DNA of 47,341 nt from Polyangia bacterium (lineage in GTDB: Bacteria; Myxococcota_A; Polyangia; JAAYKL01). Under the pieces are notes generated by a model. That model was not told the DNA's origin. It was given only the letters and a program-made list of their open reading frames with translations, and did no database searches. The position numbers and the translations under genes were made by a program. The stretch is from NCBI GenBank assembly GCA_050287845.1, contig JBNKCR010000081.1, positions 1-47,341 on the forward strand. The letters run 5' to 3'. Of the stretch, positions 38,705-47,341 are shown in pieces; position 1 is the first letter of the stretch; every line of letters begins with the position of its first letter.

Positions 38705-39145
38705 TCACACATTGGGAACGCAGACGCCCAGTCCCTCGAAATTGCTGTCAATGATAATGCCGTTGAGATCCGCATCCAGTTCCGGATCGAGTGCACAGTG
38801 GTAGCCACTGCGACAATCGCGGTTTTTCGTGCACCTGGCGAGACAGTAGGTTCTGGAACGATTGGGCGCGAGCTGTTCGTAAAGCGCTTCGGCTTCGGCG
38901 TCATCGGAATCAAACTCAGGCGAGGGAGTGATAAACTCCGTGCACGCGGCTTCATCGGGACATTCATCCGGAGAGCAGGTGACAATCAGGCAATAGCCCC
39001 CGGGTTGACTGTTGTCACAGGATCTGTCTCCATCGACAGAACAATCCATATCCCTGTTGCAGGAATCACCGATCTTGACTTCGCAACCCATCACCAACAC
39101 AGATAGAATAAAAAGTAGTGCAATATATTTCATCGGGCGCACCAT
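38705..39145 (-). CDS. Small Cys-rich lipoprotein
   Basis: Lipobox VMGC; IGDSC...DC...GDR.CD..QPGGYC...C; 12 further Cys. Confidence 0.78.
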   Translation of the reverse strand: MVRPMKYIALLFILSVLVMGCEVKIGDSCNRDMDCSVDGDRSCDNSQPGGYCLIVTCSPDECPDEAACTEFITPSPEFDSDDAEAEALYEQLAPNRSRTYCLARCTKNRDCRSGYHCALDPELDADLNGIIIDSNFEGLGVCVPNV

Positions 39146-39371
39146 AGCACCGAAACAATTTCGTGTGAAACTTTTTTCGGGCAGAAAGGGATGGTAAATC
39201 TCCGCACCGATTAAATCGGGTAATTTCTACTTACGATTTGAAAACCGTGATGGCCATCATAATTACACATTGTACTTTGGAAAGTTTCCTGCTACATCCA
39301 CAATTTCGAAAATTAAGCGATACACTTTTTTGTTATGCACAACTTTTTTACACCAATATCGGAGGATTAAA

Positions 39372-40391
39372 ATGACTGACCTGAAGGGCAAAGCATGTTT
39401 CGTGATCCCTCACTGGAGAGATGAAAACGATATTACCAAAACTTATCTGGATGAAACCATGGACACCATTTTCAACCAGACCGACAGCAACTGGCACTGT
39501 GTCATTATTGACGACGTGTCTCCCTGCAAGGAAGCCGTTGACTATCTGGAAGAAATCAAAGCCAGGGCGTCCGATAAAATTACCATTATCAGGCAGACAG
39601 TGAATGCAGGCCCCGGTCATTGCCGCAACGTTGGTATTCGCTTCGCCTATGAAAACAATGCGGATTTCGTTGTATTTATCGACGCGGACGACCTCTCCGA
39701 CCTGAAACGGGTCGAAGTGGCGCGCAAAGTATTTGCCGCAGATCCAGAGGCATCCGTTGTATATTCCACATTCAAAGTGATTGACGAGAACAGCAAGGAA
39801 GTGGAATGGGACAAACTGTCCGGCTCCATCCAGGAAATCATCGAAGGCCACCAGGGCAATCCGCCCCAGGGCATCAATGCCTGGATTGAAATCGGCACCG
39901 AGAAGGGTTACACCAATCTCACCAGCGCCACCTGCGTTCGGACGGATGTCGCATACAAGTACCCCTTCCCCCCCGAAAAAGTTTCCGAAGACAGCCACTG
40001 CTGGATGCGCTATTCCGCCGGCGGCGGCAAATTCGTTTACAACGGTGAAATCCCCACCATGTATCGAATTCCTCAGAACACAGCGGGTTCCGCTTCCCGT
40101 TCCCGCGAAGGCGGCCGCCGCGCTTTCTACGAAACCAAAATCCGCGTGGACACCGACGGTTTTGTACGCGCCATTGAAATCGCGTTGACCAACGGTAAAA
40201 TTAAAGTGGAAGAGCGCGATGAACTGATGATCAAATTCGGCCTCAAACTGGGTGAAACCATGCGGCGCGAAGAGCAGATGGACCTGGCCCTCGGACAGGT
40301 GAACATCGCCAAAGCCATCAACGCTGACCTGACCAAATCCTGGGTAGAAAAAATGGGATTTGCCGGTTGGGCCATGGAAGCCTTTAAATAA
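39372..40391 (+). CDS. Glycosyltransferase family 2
   Basis: GGAGG before ATG 39372; VIP...Q...W..VIIDD.S, N.GPG..RN.G, FIDADD, SED. Confidence 0.9.
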   Translation: MTDLKGKACFVIPHWRDENDITKTYLDETMDTIFNQTDSNWHCVIIDDVSPCKEAVDYLEEIKARASDKITIIRQTVNAGPGHCRNVGIRFAYENNADFVVFIDADDLSDLKRVEVARKVFAADPEASVVYSTFKVIDENSKEVEWDKLSGSIQEIIEGHQGNPPQGINAWIEIGTEKGYTNLTSATCVRTDVAYKYPFPPEKVSEDSHCWMRYSAGGGKFVYNGEIPTMYRIPQNTAGSASRSREGGRRAFYETKIRVDTDGFVRAIEIALTNGKIKVEERDELMIKFGLKLGETMRREEQMDLALGQVNIAKAINADLTKSWVEKMGFAGWAMEAFK

Positions 40392-40426
40392 GTCTCCACT
40401 CCCTTTTTCTTCTACACTGTTTCACT

Positions 40427-41353
40427 TCATTGACTGATCGGAATGTAGGGCGCAACGGCGCGATACCAGACATCTGCCATCCGTGCATAGCCCGCCTTGT
40501 CCGGGTGGGTGCCGTCCTGTATTTCAGAGGGGGGAAATCCACTGTACTGGTCCACGAATATCACGTGTTTGCCCTTGCTATGGCGGGCGTTGGCCATTTT
40601 TTTAACTCCCGCGTTGAACGCTTCAATCTGAGGCATATATCTGGCGCCTCTTCCGGTTAAGGGGAGAATCGAGGCCACCGCAATGAGGGAGTCGGGCAGA
40701 TTTGTCACCAGTTGATCCACCAGATTTGCGAGCCGCTGGTTGGCGCCGGCAAACTTGTCAAAAAATATGTCGTTGGTACCAATCTGCAACAACACGATAT
40801 GCGGTGAATCGCTCAATGCCGGATTCGGCACCAAAGACGTGAGCTGACTGATTTGCCAGCCGCTGTGACCTTCGTGTCGCCTGGGAAATGGCAATTTGCG
40901 ATCGCCTACGGTCATGGGGCCATTTTCCCTGCTTCCCAGAAAAGTGATATTCCGGCCATCGCCAGTGGCTCGCAGATACAGTTCCACCCGGTATCCCCCG
41001 GGGGTGTTGCCGTTGTATCCATCTGTAATGGAAGCGCCGAAAGGAAGAATCGTGCAGGGACTGCCATCGGTGGGACACGGGGTCCATCCCTGGACGCCCA
41101 CTGTTTCGGGTGCCACCGGATCCCCGACGGCAGGGGGGGTATCGCCCGGTTGCGCATTGGCTGCGGTATGCCGGCTGGAACCGGCGCCCATCCCGGCCTC
41201 TGATGGTACCTCTGCGTTCAATGTCACCAATTTTTCATCCGATGCGTCCGCCGTTTCCGAACCCTCCACGGGCTGCTGGGCGGCCCGCCATCCAACCACA
41301 GTCATCAATCCCACCACCGTCAGAAACAGAATCAGGGACACAGCCAATCTCAT
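40427..41353 (-). CDS. SGNH hydrolase (CE3-like acetylxylan esterase type), N-terminally anchored or exported
   Basis: PFGASITDG, HEGHSGW.I, IGTND, DGTHP...GY..MA..WY. Confidence 0.85.
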   Translation of the reverse strand: MRLAVSLILFLTVVGLMTVVGWRAAQQPVEGSETADASDEKLVTLNAEVPSEAGMGAGSSRHTAANAQPGDTPPAVGDPVAPETVGVQGWTPCPTDGSPCTILPFGASITDGYNGNTPGGYRVELYLRATGDGRNITFLGSRENGPMTVGDRKLPFPRRHEGHSGWQISQLTSLVPNPALSDSPHIVLLQIGTNDIFFDKFAGANQRLANLVDQLVTNLPDSLIAVASILPLTGRGARYMPQIEAFNAGVKKMANARHSKGKHVIFVDQYSGFPPSEIQDGTHPDKAGYARMADVWYRAVAPYIPISQ

Positions 41354-41471
41354 TGTTCACTCCTTCTTCTCAGCGATTACATTTACACCGAAATCCACCG
41401 GAATCCAGAACACAGTACCCGAATCCAGCCGTTTCGTCATGAGAAAGATAACCATCCGTCTTTTCCCTCTT

Positions 41472-42119
41472 TCAGATTTCCATCATCATGAAAAAATGGC
41501 ACACGCTGCCTGCCAGTACAAACAGGTGCCAGACCATGTGATGAAACCGCAATCGTTTCATGCGATAAAAAATCACTCCCGCCGTGTACAGGACACCACC
41601 AATGAACAACCACATCAGCGCCTGCCAGTTCATTGCCGAAAACAGCCGGGGACCGGTAATGACGATGAGCCAGCCCATGGCGATGTACAGGGCCAGGCTG
41701 AGGTACCGCGCTCGCTCAAAATAAATGGCGGTGCTCACGATACCCAGTACCGCCAGTCCCCAGGTGACACCAAAGATGGACCATCCCCATCCCCCCTGCA
41801 GGGCGCATAGGGTAATGGGGGTATACGTGCCGGCAATGAGCAAAAAGATGGCACTGTGATCCAGAATGTGAAGCACGTGTTTTACCCGGGGCGTCTGAAT
41901 GCCGTGGTAGAGGGAGGACGCCGTGTACAGCAACACCAGGGCAGCCCCGAAAACAGACACGCCCACCACGCGGATAGCCGAATGGTCCATGGCTGCAAAC
42001 ACAATGAGTACGGCCGTTGCGGCAACGGCACACAGGGCGCCAATGCCGTGACTGACACTGTTGGCGATTTCTTCTTTGACACTCTGGTCTTCAAATGTGT
42101 GGACAGTGCTCTGATTCAT
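41472..42119 (-). CDS. Hemolysin III / PAQR family membrane protein
   Basis: EE.AN..SH, SSLYH, DHSAI.LLIAGTYTP, H.VWHLFVL. Confidence 0.93.
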   Translation of the reverse strand: MNQSTVHTFEDQSVKEEIANSVSHGIGALCAVAATAVLIVFAAMDHSAIRVVGVSVFGAALVLLYTASSLYHGIQTPRVKHVLHILDHSAIFLLIAGTYTPITLCALQGGWGWSIFGVTWGLAVLGIVSTAIYFERARYLSLALYIAMGWLIVITGPRLFSAMNWQALMWLFIGGVLYTAGVIFYRMKRLRFHHMVWHLFVLAGSVCHFFMMMEI

Positions 42120-42281
42120 GTTCGTCTCCTTGCGAATACGTTATCACTATACGGTAGATATGTCGGTGTTCTGTCCCGGCCCGGTAACGGTTCTGTCAGC
42201 AGTGTCACAGGATGATGATGTGTGTCATCCCGCTGTCATGGCGGGCTGCCCGCCGTGGGATGGGCGCGCGGCGCGTGAAGA

Positions 42282-43661
42282 TTAGAATTCGGCGCTCCCG
42301 GGCGTCCGGGCAAAGGGAATGACGTCCCGGATATTCTGCATACCGGTCACATACATGAGCATCCGCTCGAACCCCAGACCGAATCCGGCATGGGCCACAC
42401 CGCCAAACCGTCGCAAATCCCGGTACCACCAGTAATCGTCGGGGTTGAGTTTAAAGTATTTCAGCTGACTGTCCAGTACATCGATACGCTCCTCCCGCTG
42501 GGAACCGCCGATGATTTCGCCCACCCGGGGCACCAGCAAATCCATGGCCGCCACGGTTTTTTCATCGTCATTGAGACGCATATAAAATGCCTTGATGTCT
42601 CTGGGGTAATCAATCACGAACATGGGTTTCTTCAGCAGCACCTCCGTTAAATATCGTTCGTGTTCGCTCTGCAGATCCAGCCCCCATTTCACCGGATACT
42701 CAAACTTCTGTCCGGACTTTTCCAGGAGTGATACGGCCTCGGTGTAGGGCACGGTGGCGAATTCCGCGCGCACCAGAGACTCCAGTTTTTCGCGCAATCC
42801 CTTTTCAATCCATTGGTTAAAAAAATCGATGTCATCGCTGCATCGCTCCAGCACCTCGGTCACAATGGACTTGATGAACGCCTCGGCTACCTGCCGATCG
42901 CCGGCGAGGTCACAGAACGCCATCTCGGGTTCTATCATCCAGAACTCCGCGGCATGGCGGGCAGTATGGGAATTCTCGGCGCGAAACGTGGGGCCGAAGG
43001 TATAAATATTCTTGAATGCCAGGGCAAAGATTTCGCCTTCCAGCTGACCGCTTACCGTGAGCGATGCTTCCCGCCCAAAAAAATCCTTTGCATAGTCAAT
43101 ACGGCCGTCATTTTTTGGCGGATTCTCCATATCCAGAGTGGTGACCCGGAACATCTGACCGGCGCCCTCGCAATCCGACGCGGTAATGATGGGGGTGTGT
43201 ACCTGAATGAATCCCCGCTCATCGAAAAAGCGATGCACCGCCATCTGAAGCGCATGACGTACCCGGAACACGGCCTGAAACGTTCGGGCCCTGGGACGTA
43301 CATGGGCAATGGTGCGCAGGAATTCAAAGGAATGGCGTTTTTTCTGCAGCGGATAATCGCTGTCCACGTCACCCAGAACCTCCATTTTCTGCAGATGCAG
43401 TTCCCACGTCTGCCCCTTTGCCGGGGACGCCACCAGATCGCCGGTGCAGCGGACCGCCGCGCCCATGGGGATGTGTTGCAGCGCGCCGTATCCATCCATG
43501 CCCGAGTCCGCCACCACCTGAAGATTTAAAATGGTAGACCCATCGCCAATTTCAAAAAAGGTCACCTGACCCGAAGTGCGAACGGTCTGAATCCAGCCCT
43601 CCGCCACCACCGACGCCGCCGGCGAATCAGATTTCAGAATTTCCAGGATGCGTTTGACCAT
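42282..43661 (-). CDS. asnS: Asparagine--tRNA ligase
   Basis: [57 protein letters not shown]. Confidence 0.97.
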   Translation of the reverse strand: MVKRILEILKSDSPAASVVAEGWIQTVRTSGQVTFFEIGDGSTILNLQVVADSGMDGYGALQHIPMGAAVRCTGDLVASPAKGQTWELHLQKMEVLGDVDSDYPLQKKRHSFEFLRTIAHVRPRARTFQAVFRVRHALQMAVHRFFDERGFIQVHTPIITASDCEGAGQMFRVTTLDMENPPKNDGRIDYAKDFFGREASLTVSGQLEGEIFALAFKNIYTFGPTFRAENSHTARHAAEFWMIEPEMAFCDLAGDRQVAEAFIKSIVTEVLERCSDDIDFFNQWIEKGLREKLESLVRAEFATVPYTEAVSLLEKSGQKFEYPVKWGLDLQSEHERYLTEVLLKKPMFVIDYPRDIKAFYMRLNDDEKTVAAMDLLVPRVGEIIGGSQREERIDVLDSQLKYFKLNPDDYWWYRDLRRFGGVAHAGFGLGFERMLMYVTGMQNIRDVIPFARTPGSAEF

Positions 43662-43790
43662 ATGCTGCCCTTCCTCGTTAAAAACATTGCATCAATGAAG
43701 AAATTGTAAGCCCTTTTTGCCCCCGGTAAAATCTGAAAGCAATCAATTTCCGGCAAATGAAAAAAGCGATGCATATTACATCCGCGGCAA

Positions 43791-44228
43791 TTACAATTGT
43801 GAATCCATGGCAGGGGGTTCGCGTTCTTCTTTGTTGGAATCCCACAGTCCGTCCAGGGTGCCTGCCGCTTCAACAAGAAGTCTGTAGGTGAAGTATCCCC
43901 GCTTCGGCAGTTCCATGAGCAACGCGTTGCCGTTTTCGGCTTCAGTAGGTACTGCGTAGCTATTCTCACGTCCCTTCACGAAGAAATACATCCCGTCAGA
44001 GAGCCAGGGATCACCTTCCATTTTTAGCATTACGCGTTCAATGTCCGCCCAGGGAATCTCTGCTGTCCAGGGTTCCTTTGACCGTACATCGAGGTAAATC
44101 CCGTTATCATCCCATTTTACCCTGTACCAGTGAGATACCGGCCCGGGGCCTCTCATTCGCAGCGGTCTGGAAAATCCCCAGCCCAGCAGAAGCAGTACAA
44201 CAACCCCCAGAATTACGTGCATAGCCAT
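43791..44228 (-). CDS. Hypothetical membrane-anchored protein (PH-fold-like pattern)
   Basis: AGGAGG RBS; N-terminal TM, then DDNGI.......IPWADI..V. Confidence 0.7.
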   Translation of the reverse strand: MAMHVILGVVVLLLLGWGFSRPLRMRGPGPVSHWYRVKWDDNGIYLDVRSKEPWTAEIPWADIERVMLKMEGDPWLSDGMYFFVKGRENSYAVPTEAENGNALLMELPKRGYFTYRLLVEAAGTLDGLWDSNKEEREPPAMDSQL

Positions 44229-44308
44229 CGCTCACCTCCTGTTTCGAATTGGGAGAATTCCCTTTCACCTCTAGCTTTGTGTGAATAAATTGGTTATACA
44301 ACCAATCT

Positions 44309-44866
44309 ATGGGACGACCGAGCAGAAAAGAAGAAAGACGAACACAAATACTCCGAGCCTTTGCACGAGTACTTGCAGATCACGGATATGCAGGAGCCAC
44401 AATCGCGGCTGTGGCCATTGAGGCGGACATCGCGCCGGGGCTGATTCATCACAACTTCAAGAATAAAGAGGACATGATTTCCAGCCTGCTTTCGGTGTTG
44501 ATAAAGGGGTTCCGGGAACGTACACGGGAGTACCGGGATTCTCCCGACAAACTGGTCAATTATGGTGATGCCGCGCTGAAGCTCGATGAAAAGGCGGATT
44601 TGATTTCCGCCAGATGCTGGGTTGGCATTTTCGCCGAAGCCGTACGCAATCCGACCCTGTTCAGGCAAATGCAGCGGCTCATCGATGCAGAGGTTTCCAC
44701 AATCCAACGCTATTCAGGTGGCAAGCTATCCACCCGGGAGGCGAGTTCCTTGCTGGCCTACGTTGTTGGTTCTCTCGTACTCGGTTCATTTGCTCCGAAA
44801 AGAACTGCTGGGTTTGCGGCGAAGGGATTCCGGCAACTTGTTCGGGCAATGAACACCACAGACTGA
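44309..44866 (+). CDS. TetR/AcrR family regulator (BetI-like)
   Basis: RR.QIL.A...LA.HGY.GATIA.VA.EA.IA.GLI.H.FKNKE helix-turn-helix. Confidence 0.92.
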   Translation: MGRPSRKEERRTQILRAFARVLADHGYAGATIAAVAIEADIAPGLIHHNFKNKEDMISSLLSVLIKGFRERTREYRDSPDKLVNYGDAALKLDEKADLISARCWVGIFAEAVRNPTLFRQMQRLIDAEVSTIQRYSGGKLSTREASSLLAYVVGSLVLGSFAPKRTAGFAAKGFRQLVRAMNTTD

Positions 44867-45022
44867 AAAACGCTGTAAGCAACAACCTGGAGAAAACTCA
44901 AAGGTCTACGCTGGAGCGGCGACCGGTTTGATTCCTTGCTGCAATCTTTCGGATTTTTCAATGACAGGATGACAGAAAATATTTTACTGTCGAGTCAAAG
45001 AGAAAGGGGAACAGGAGCCATT

Positions 45023-45649
45023 ATGTCACATTTCAACAAAGCGGCCGCCGACTGGGATTCACCGGAGAAGGTGGAGATGATGAAGATTCTTGCCACCCGC
45101 ACCATGGCGGCATTGCAGCCGTTTCTGTCCGACGGTCCAAAGCGCGACATCATTGATTTCGGGTGCGGCACCGGACTGTTTGGTCTGGCGTTTGCCGATT
45201 ACGCCCGTACCCTCACCGGAATTGATACGGCGGAGGGGATGCTTGAAGTTTTTGAGCAGAAGACCAGCGGCCAGAGTCACATTCGAGGTATCCTGGCCAA
45301 CCTGGAGCAGATGGATGCAACGCCGATTCGCGCCATGAATCTGAAAGCCGACCTCGTATTGAGCTGCCTGGCGTTTCACCATCTGAATGATCCGGAAACC
45401 ACGGTGAAAAAGCTGAAGTCCTTTCTGTCGGAAGACGGCGTGCTTGCCCTTGTGGACCTGGACCGGGAAGATGGCACCTTTCATCCGGACAATGACGGGA
45501 TGGGAGTGAGACATTTCGGTTTCGATGAAGAAACAACCGTGGGTTGGGCAAAGGCTGCCGGACTGTCCATTCAGCGGAAAATCATTCACGAGGTGAAAAA
45601 GAACGATCGCGTCTACCCCATTTTTCTTGCCGTGATGACCCCTATCTGA
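45023..45649 (+). CDS. Class I SAM-dependent methyltransferase
   Basis: AGGAG before ATG 45023; F.KAAADWD, DFGCGTG, GID.A.GM, AFHHL. Confidence 0.9.
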   Translation: MSHFNKAAADWDSPEKVEMMKILATRTMAALQPFLSDGPKRDIIDFGCGTGLFGLAFADYARTLTGIDTAEGMLEVFEQKTSGQSHIRGILANLEQMDATPIRAMNLKADLVLSCLAFHHLNDPETTVKKLKSFLSEDGVLALVDLDREDGTFHPDNDGMGVRHFGFDEETTVGWAKAAGLSIQRKIIHEVKKNDRVYPIFLAVMTPI

Positions 45650-47024
45650 TCATCGGCGCCATGTGGGGTTTCAGGGCATCGATTTTCCATTGATGGGGGG
45701 TCACCCAGTCGTATGTGAGAATGCCTTCGGTGTCTCCGGAATTGGGATTGAGACTCCAGAAGGTCCAGGAATAGCCATCTCCGGCACTCATGTAGTCCAG
45801 GAAAGTTTCAAACCACACACCGGCCACTCCGCCGGCGGATTCGGGGTCCCGGATGCCGAACTCTCCGATGAACATGTGGCCCTTTTCTTCTTCAACGATA
45901 AAGGCAAAGTGTTTTTTCCAGATGCCCGGCATATTGCCCGGAAACTGACCGGATTCAAACCAGGGCTGGGCAAACACCTCCGGGCCGTATTCGTGGGCCG
46001 AATAGACCAGTTTGTTCTGAATGGGCAGCTGGATGGGGGCCGTCTTCACGCCAAGCAGGTTTCCCCCCCACCAGTAACCGCTGCCGCCCGCTTCTTCCAC
46101 CCCTTCTATCACAATCAACACGTCCGGATTCACCTGCTGAATCGCCGCACCGCAGCGTTCCGCCGCCTTATTCCAATCCGTCGCCGCGTTCCCGGTGCCC
46201 CAGGTGGCGTCATCGTGAGGCTCATTGTTCAAATCAAAGGCGATCACGGTGGTGTTATTCTTATACCGCTCGGCCATGAACACCCAGTCTTCAATCCATT
46301 TTTCTTCCGAAGTGGTTTCGGTGTACCACAAGTCTTCTTCCATATATCCGTCGTGGGTGCGGGAATGATTGTCCAGCATCACTTTCAGCCCTGCCTCGGT
46401 GGCGCCATCTATCACCAGATCCATCACTTCGATGGGGGACTTGCCGTCGAGGTCCGCATTGACCGGATCGGTGCCATCATATGAATCCGCGCCATACGTG
46501 TTAATCGAGGACGTTTCGGCGCCCTCTTTCAGCATATCGTTGCACCAGGGAAGCCGCACGGTATTGAACCCCATATCGGCAATCTGTTTCATCATGCTTC
46601 GATAATCCCGCTCCCACAACCCATGGGGGGAGAGATTGCTGGTTTCAAAGCCGAACCAGTTCACCCCCGTGAGACGGGCAACCTTGCCGTTGTCGTCCTT
46701 CAGCTTATTTCCTTCCACATGGAGAAATCCGGCTGCCTGATCGGGAGGGTTGATATCACCGTCGCTGTCGCTGTCCGCATCGGTATCCGCGTCACTGTCC
46801 GCGTCACTGTCCGCGTCAGTGTCTGCGTCCGTATCCGCATCGTTGTCCGCGTCCGTATCCGCATCCGTGTCCACATCCGTGTCCACATCCGTGTCCACGT
46901 CGGTATCGGCATCCGTTCCGTTCGAATGGTCGTTATCGCCCCGGAGCTCATCGGCACACGCGACAACAAAAAACATTAATGATATACCAAAAATAAATTG
47001 AATAGATACAGGCTGGTTCAACAT
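45642..47024 (-). CDS. GH5 endoglucanase-like lipoprotein with Asp-rich linker
   Basis: Lipobox VVAC; GVNWFGFET, GFNTVRLP, DLNNEPH (acid/base), YSAHEYGP, IGEFG (nucleophile), WSLNPNSGDT. Confidence 0.92.
   Translation of the reverse strand: MLNQPVSIQFIFGISLMFFVVACADELRGDNDHSNGTDADTDVDTDVDTDVDTDADTDADNDADTDADTDADSDADSDADTDADSDSDGDINPPDQAAGFLHVEGNKLKDDNGKVARLTGVNWFGFETSNLSPHGLWERDYRSMMKQIADMGFNTVRLPWCNDMLKEGAETSSINTYGADSYDGTDPVNADLDGKSPIEVMDLVIDGATEAGLKVMLDNHSRTHDGYMEEDLWYTETTSEEKWIEDWVFMAERYKNNTTVIAFDLNNEPHDDATWGTGNAATDWNKAAERCGAAIQQVNPDVLIVIEGVEEAGGSGYWWGGNLLGVKTAPIQLPIQNKLVYSAHEYGPEVFAQPWFESGQFPGNMPGIWKKHFAFIVEEEKGHMFIGEFGIRDPESAGGVAGVWFETFLDYMSAGDGYSWTFWSLNPNSGDTEGILTYDWVTPHQWKIDALKPHMAPMIR
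46755..46915 (-). repeat. Coding (Asp-Thr/Ala/Val/Ser)n linker repeat
   Basis: DADTDVDTDVDTDVDTDADTDADND...; includes 12-bp GACACGGATGTG units. Confidence 0.9.
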
Positions 47025-47341
47025 AAGAAAACTCGCTTAATTGTTTAAGGCGGCGTCATAGACACCGCATATTTCCCCCCTTTTTTTACAGTTTATTGCC
47101 AATAAATTCATCGAAAACCCGAACAGTGTATACTGACCGGAACCATGAACACACTTCAGAATACATGAAATTCGAACGGTTGAAAACAGTTACCTGTCAG
47201 CGAGCTATTCGAGGTGTACCAATTTCGAAAACGAGACGATGCAACAATTCGGATACAGAATTAAGTTGGGCCAGTAATTTAGGGAAACAGAGCCGCTGTG
47301 GTGAGGAACGAGCGTAGCGAGTGTCTCGAACCGCGCGGCGG

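Noticed and set aside
47300..47341. REP-like palindromic sequence (GAGGAACGAGCGTAGCGAGTGTCTCGAACC) at the window end
   Set aside because: Single copy, truncated by the window edge; cannot be established as a repeat family here.

Overview
Bacterial chromosomal window. Gene content (fibro-slime and Cys-rich lipoproteins, mevalonate kinases, Asp-rich lipoproteins) suggests Myxococcota or a related deltaproteobacterium; this is an inference. The first ~2.9 kb is the start of an integron: an N-terminally extended intI (+), a predicted attI crossover at ~1258, and two attC sites read on the minus strand. Cassette 1 (462 bp) has no credible ORF. It carries a boxA-like antitermination motif and a 77-bp tandem repeat, and its 5' end reappears identically as cassette 3. 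Cassette 2 holds an inverted lipoprotein gene with its own sigma70-like promoter. The rest is ordinary-looking chromosome: a GPH sugar transporter with a ~220-aa insertion, a radical SAM protein, an Omp85-DUF4390-histidine kinase operon, a MoxR-DUF58-vWA operon, comEC, an aldehyde dehydrogenase, a mevalonate/prenyl cluster, asnS, and several lipid-anchored polysaccharide enzymes (GH10, GH5, CE6-like) on long Asp-X linkers. All calls come from motif reading; no database search was run.
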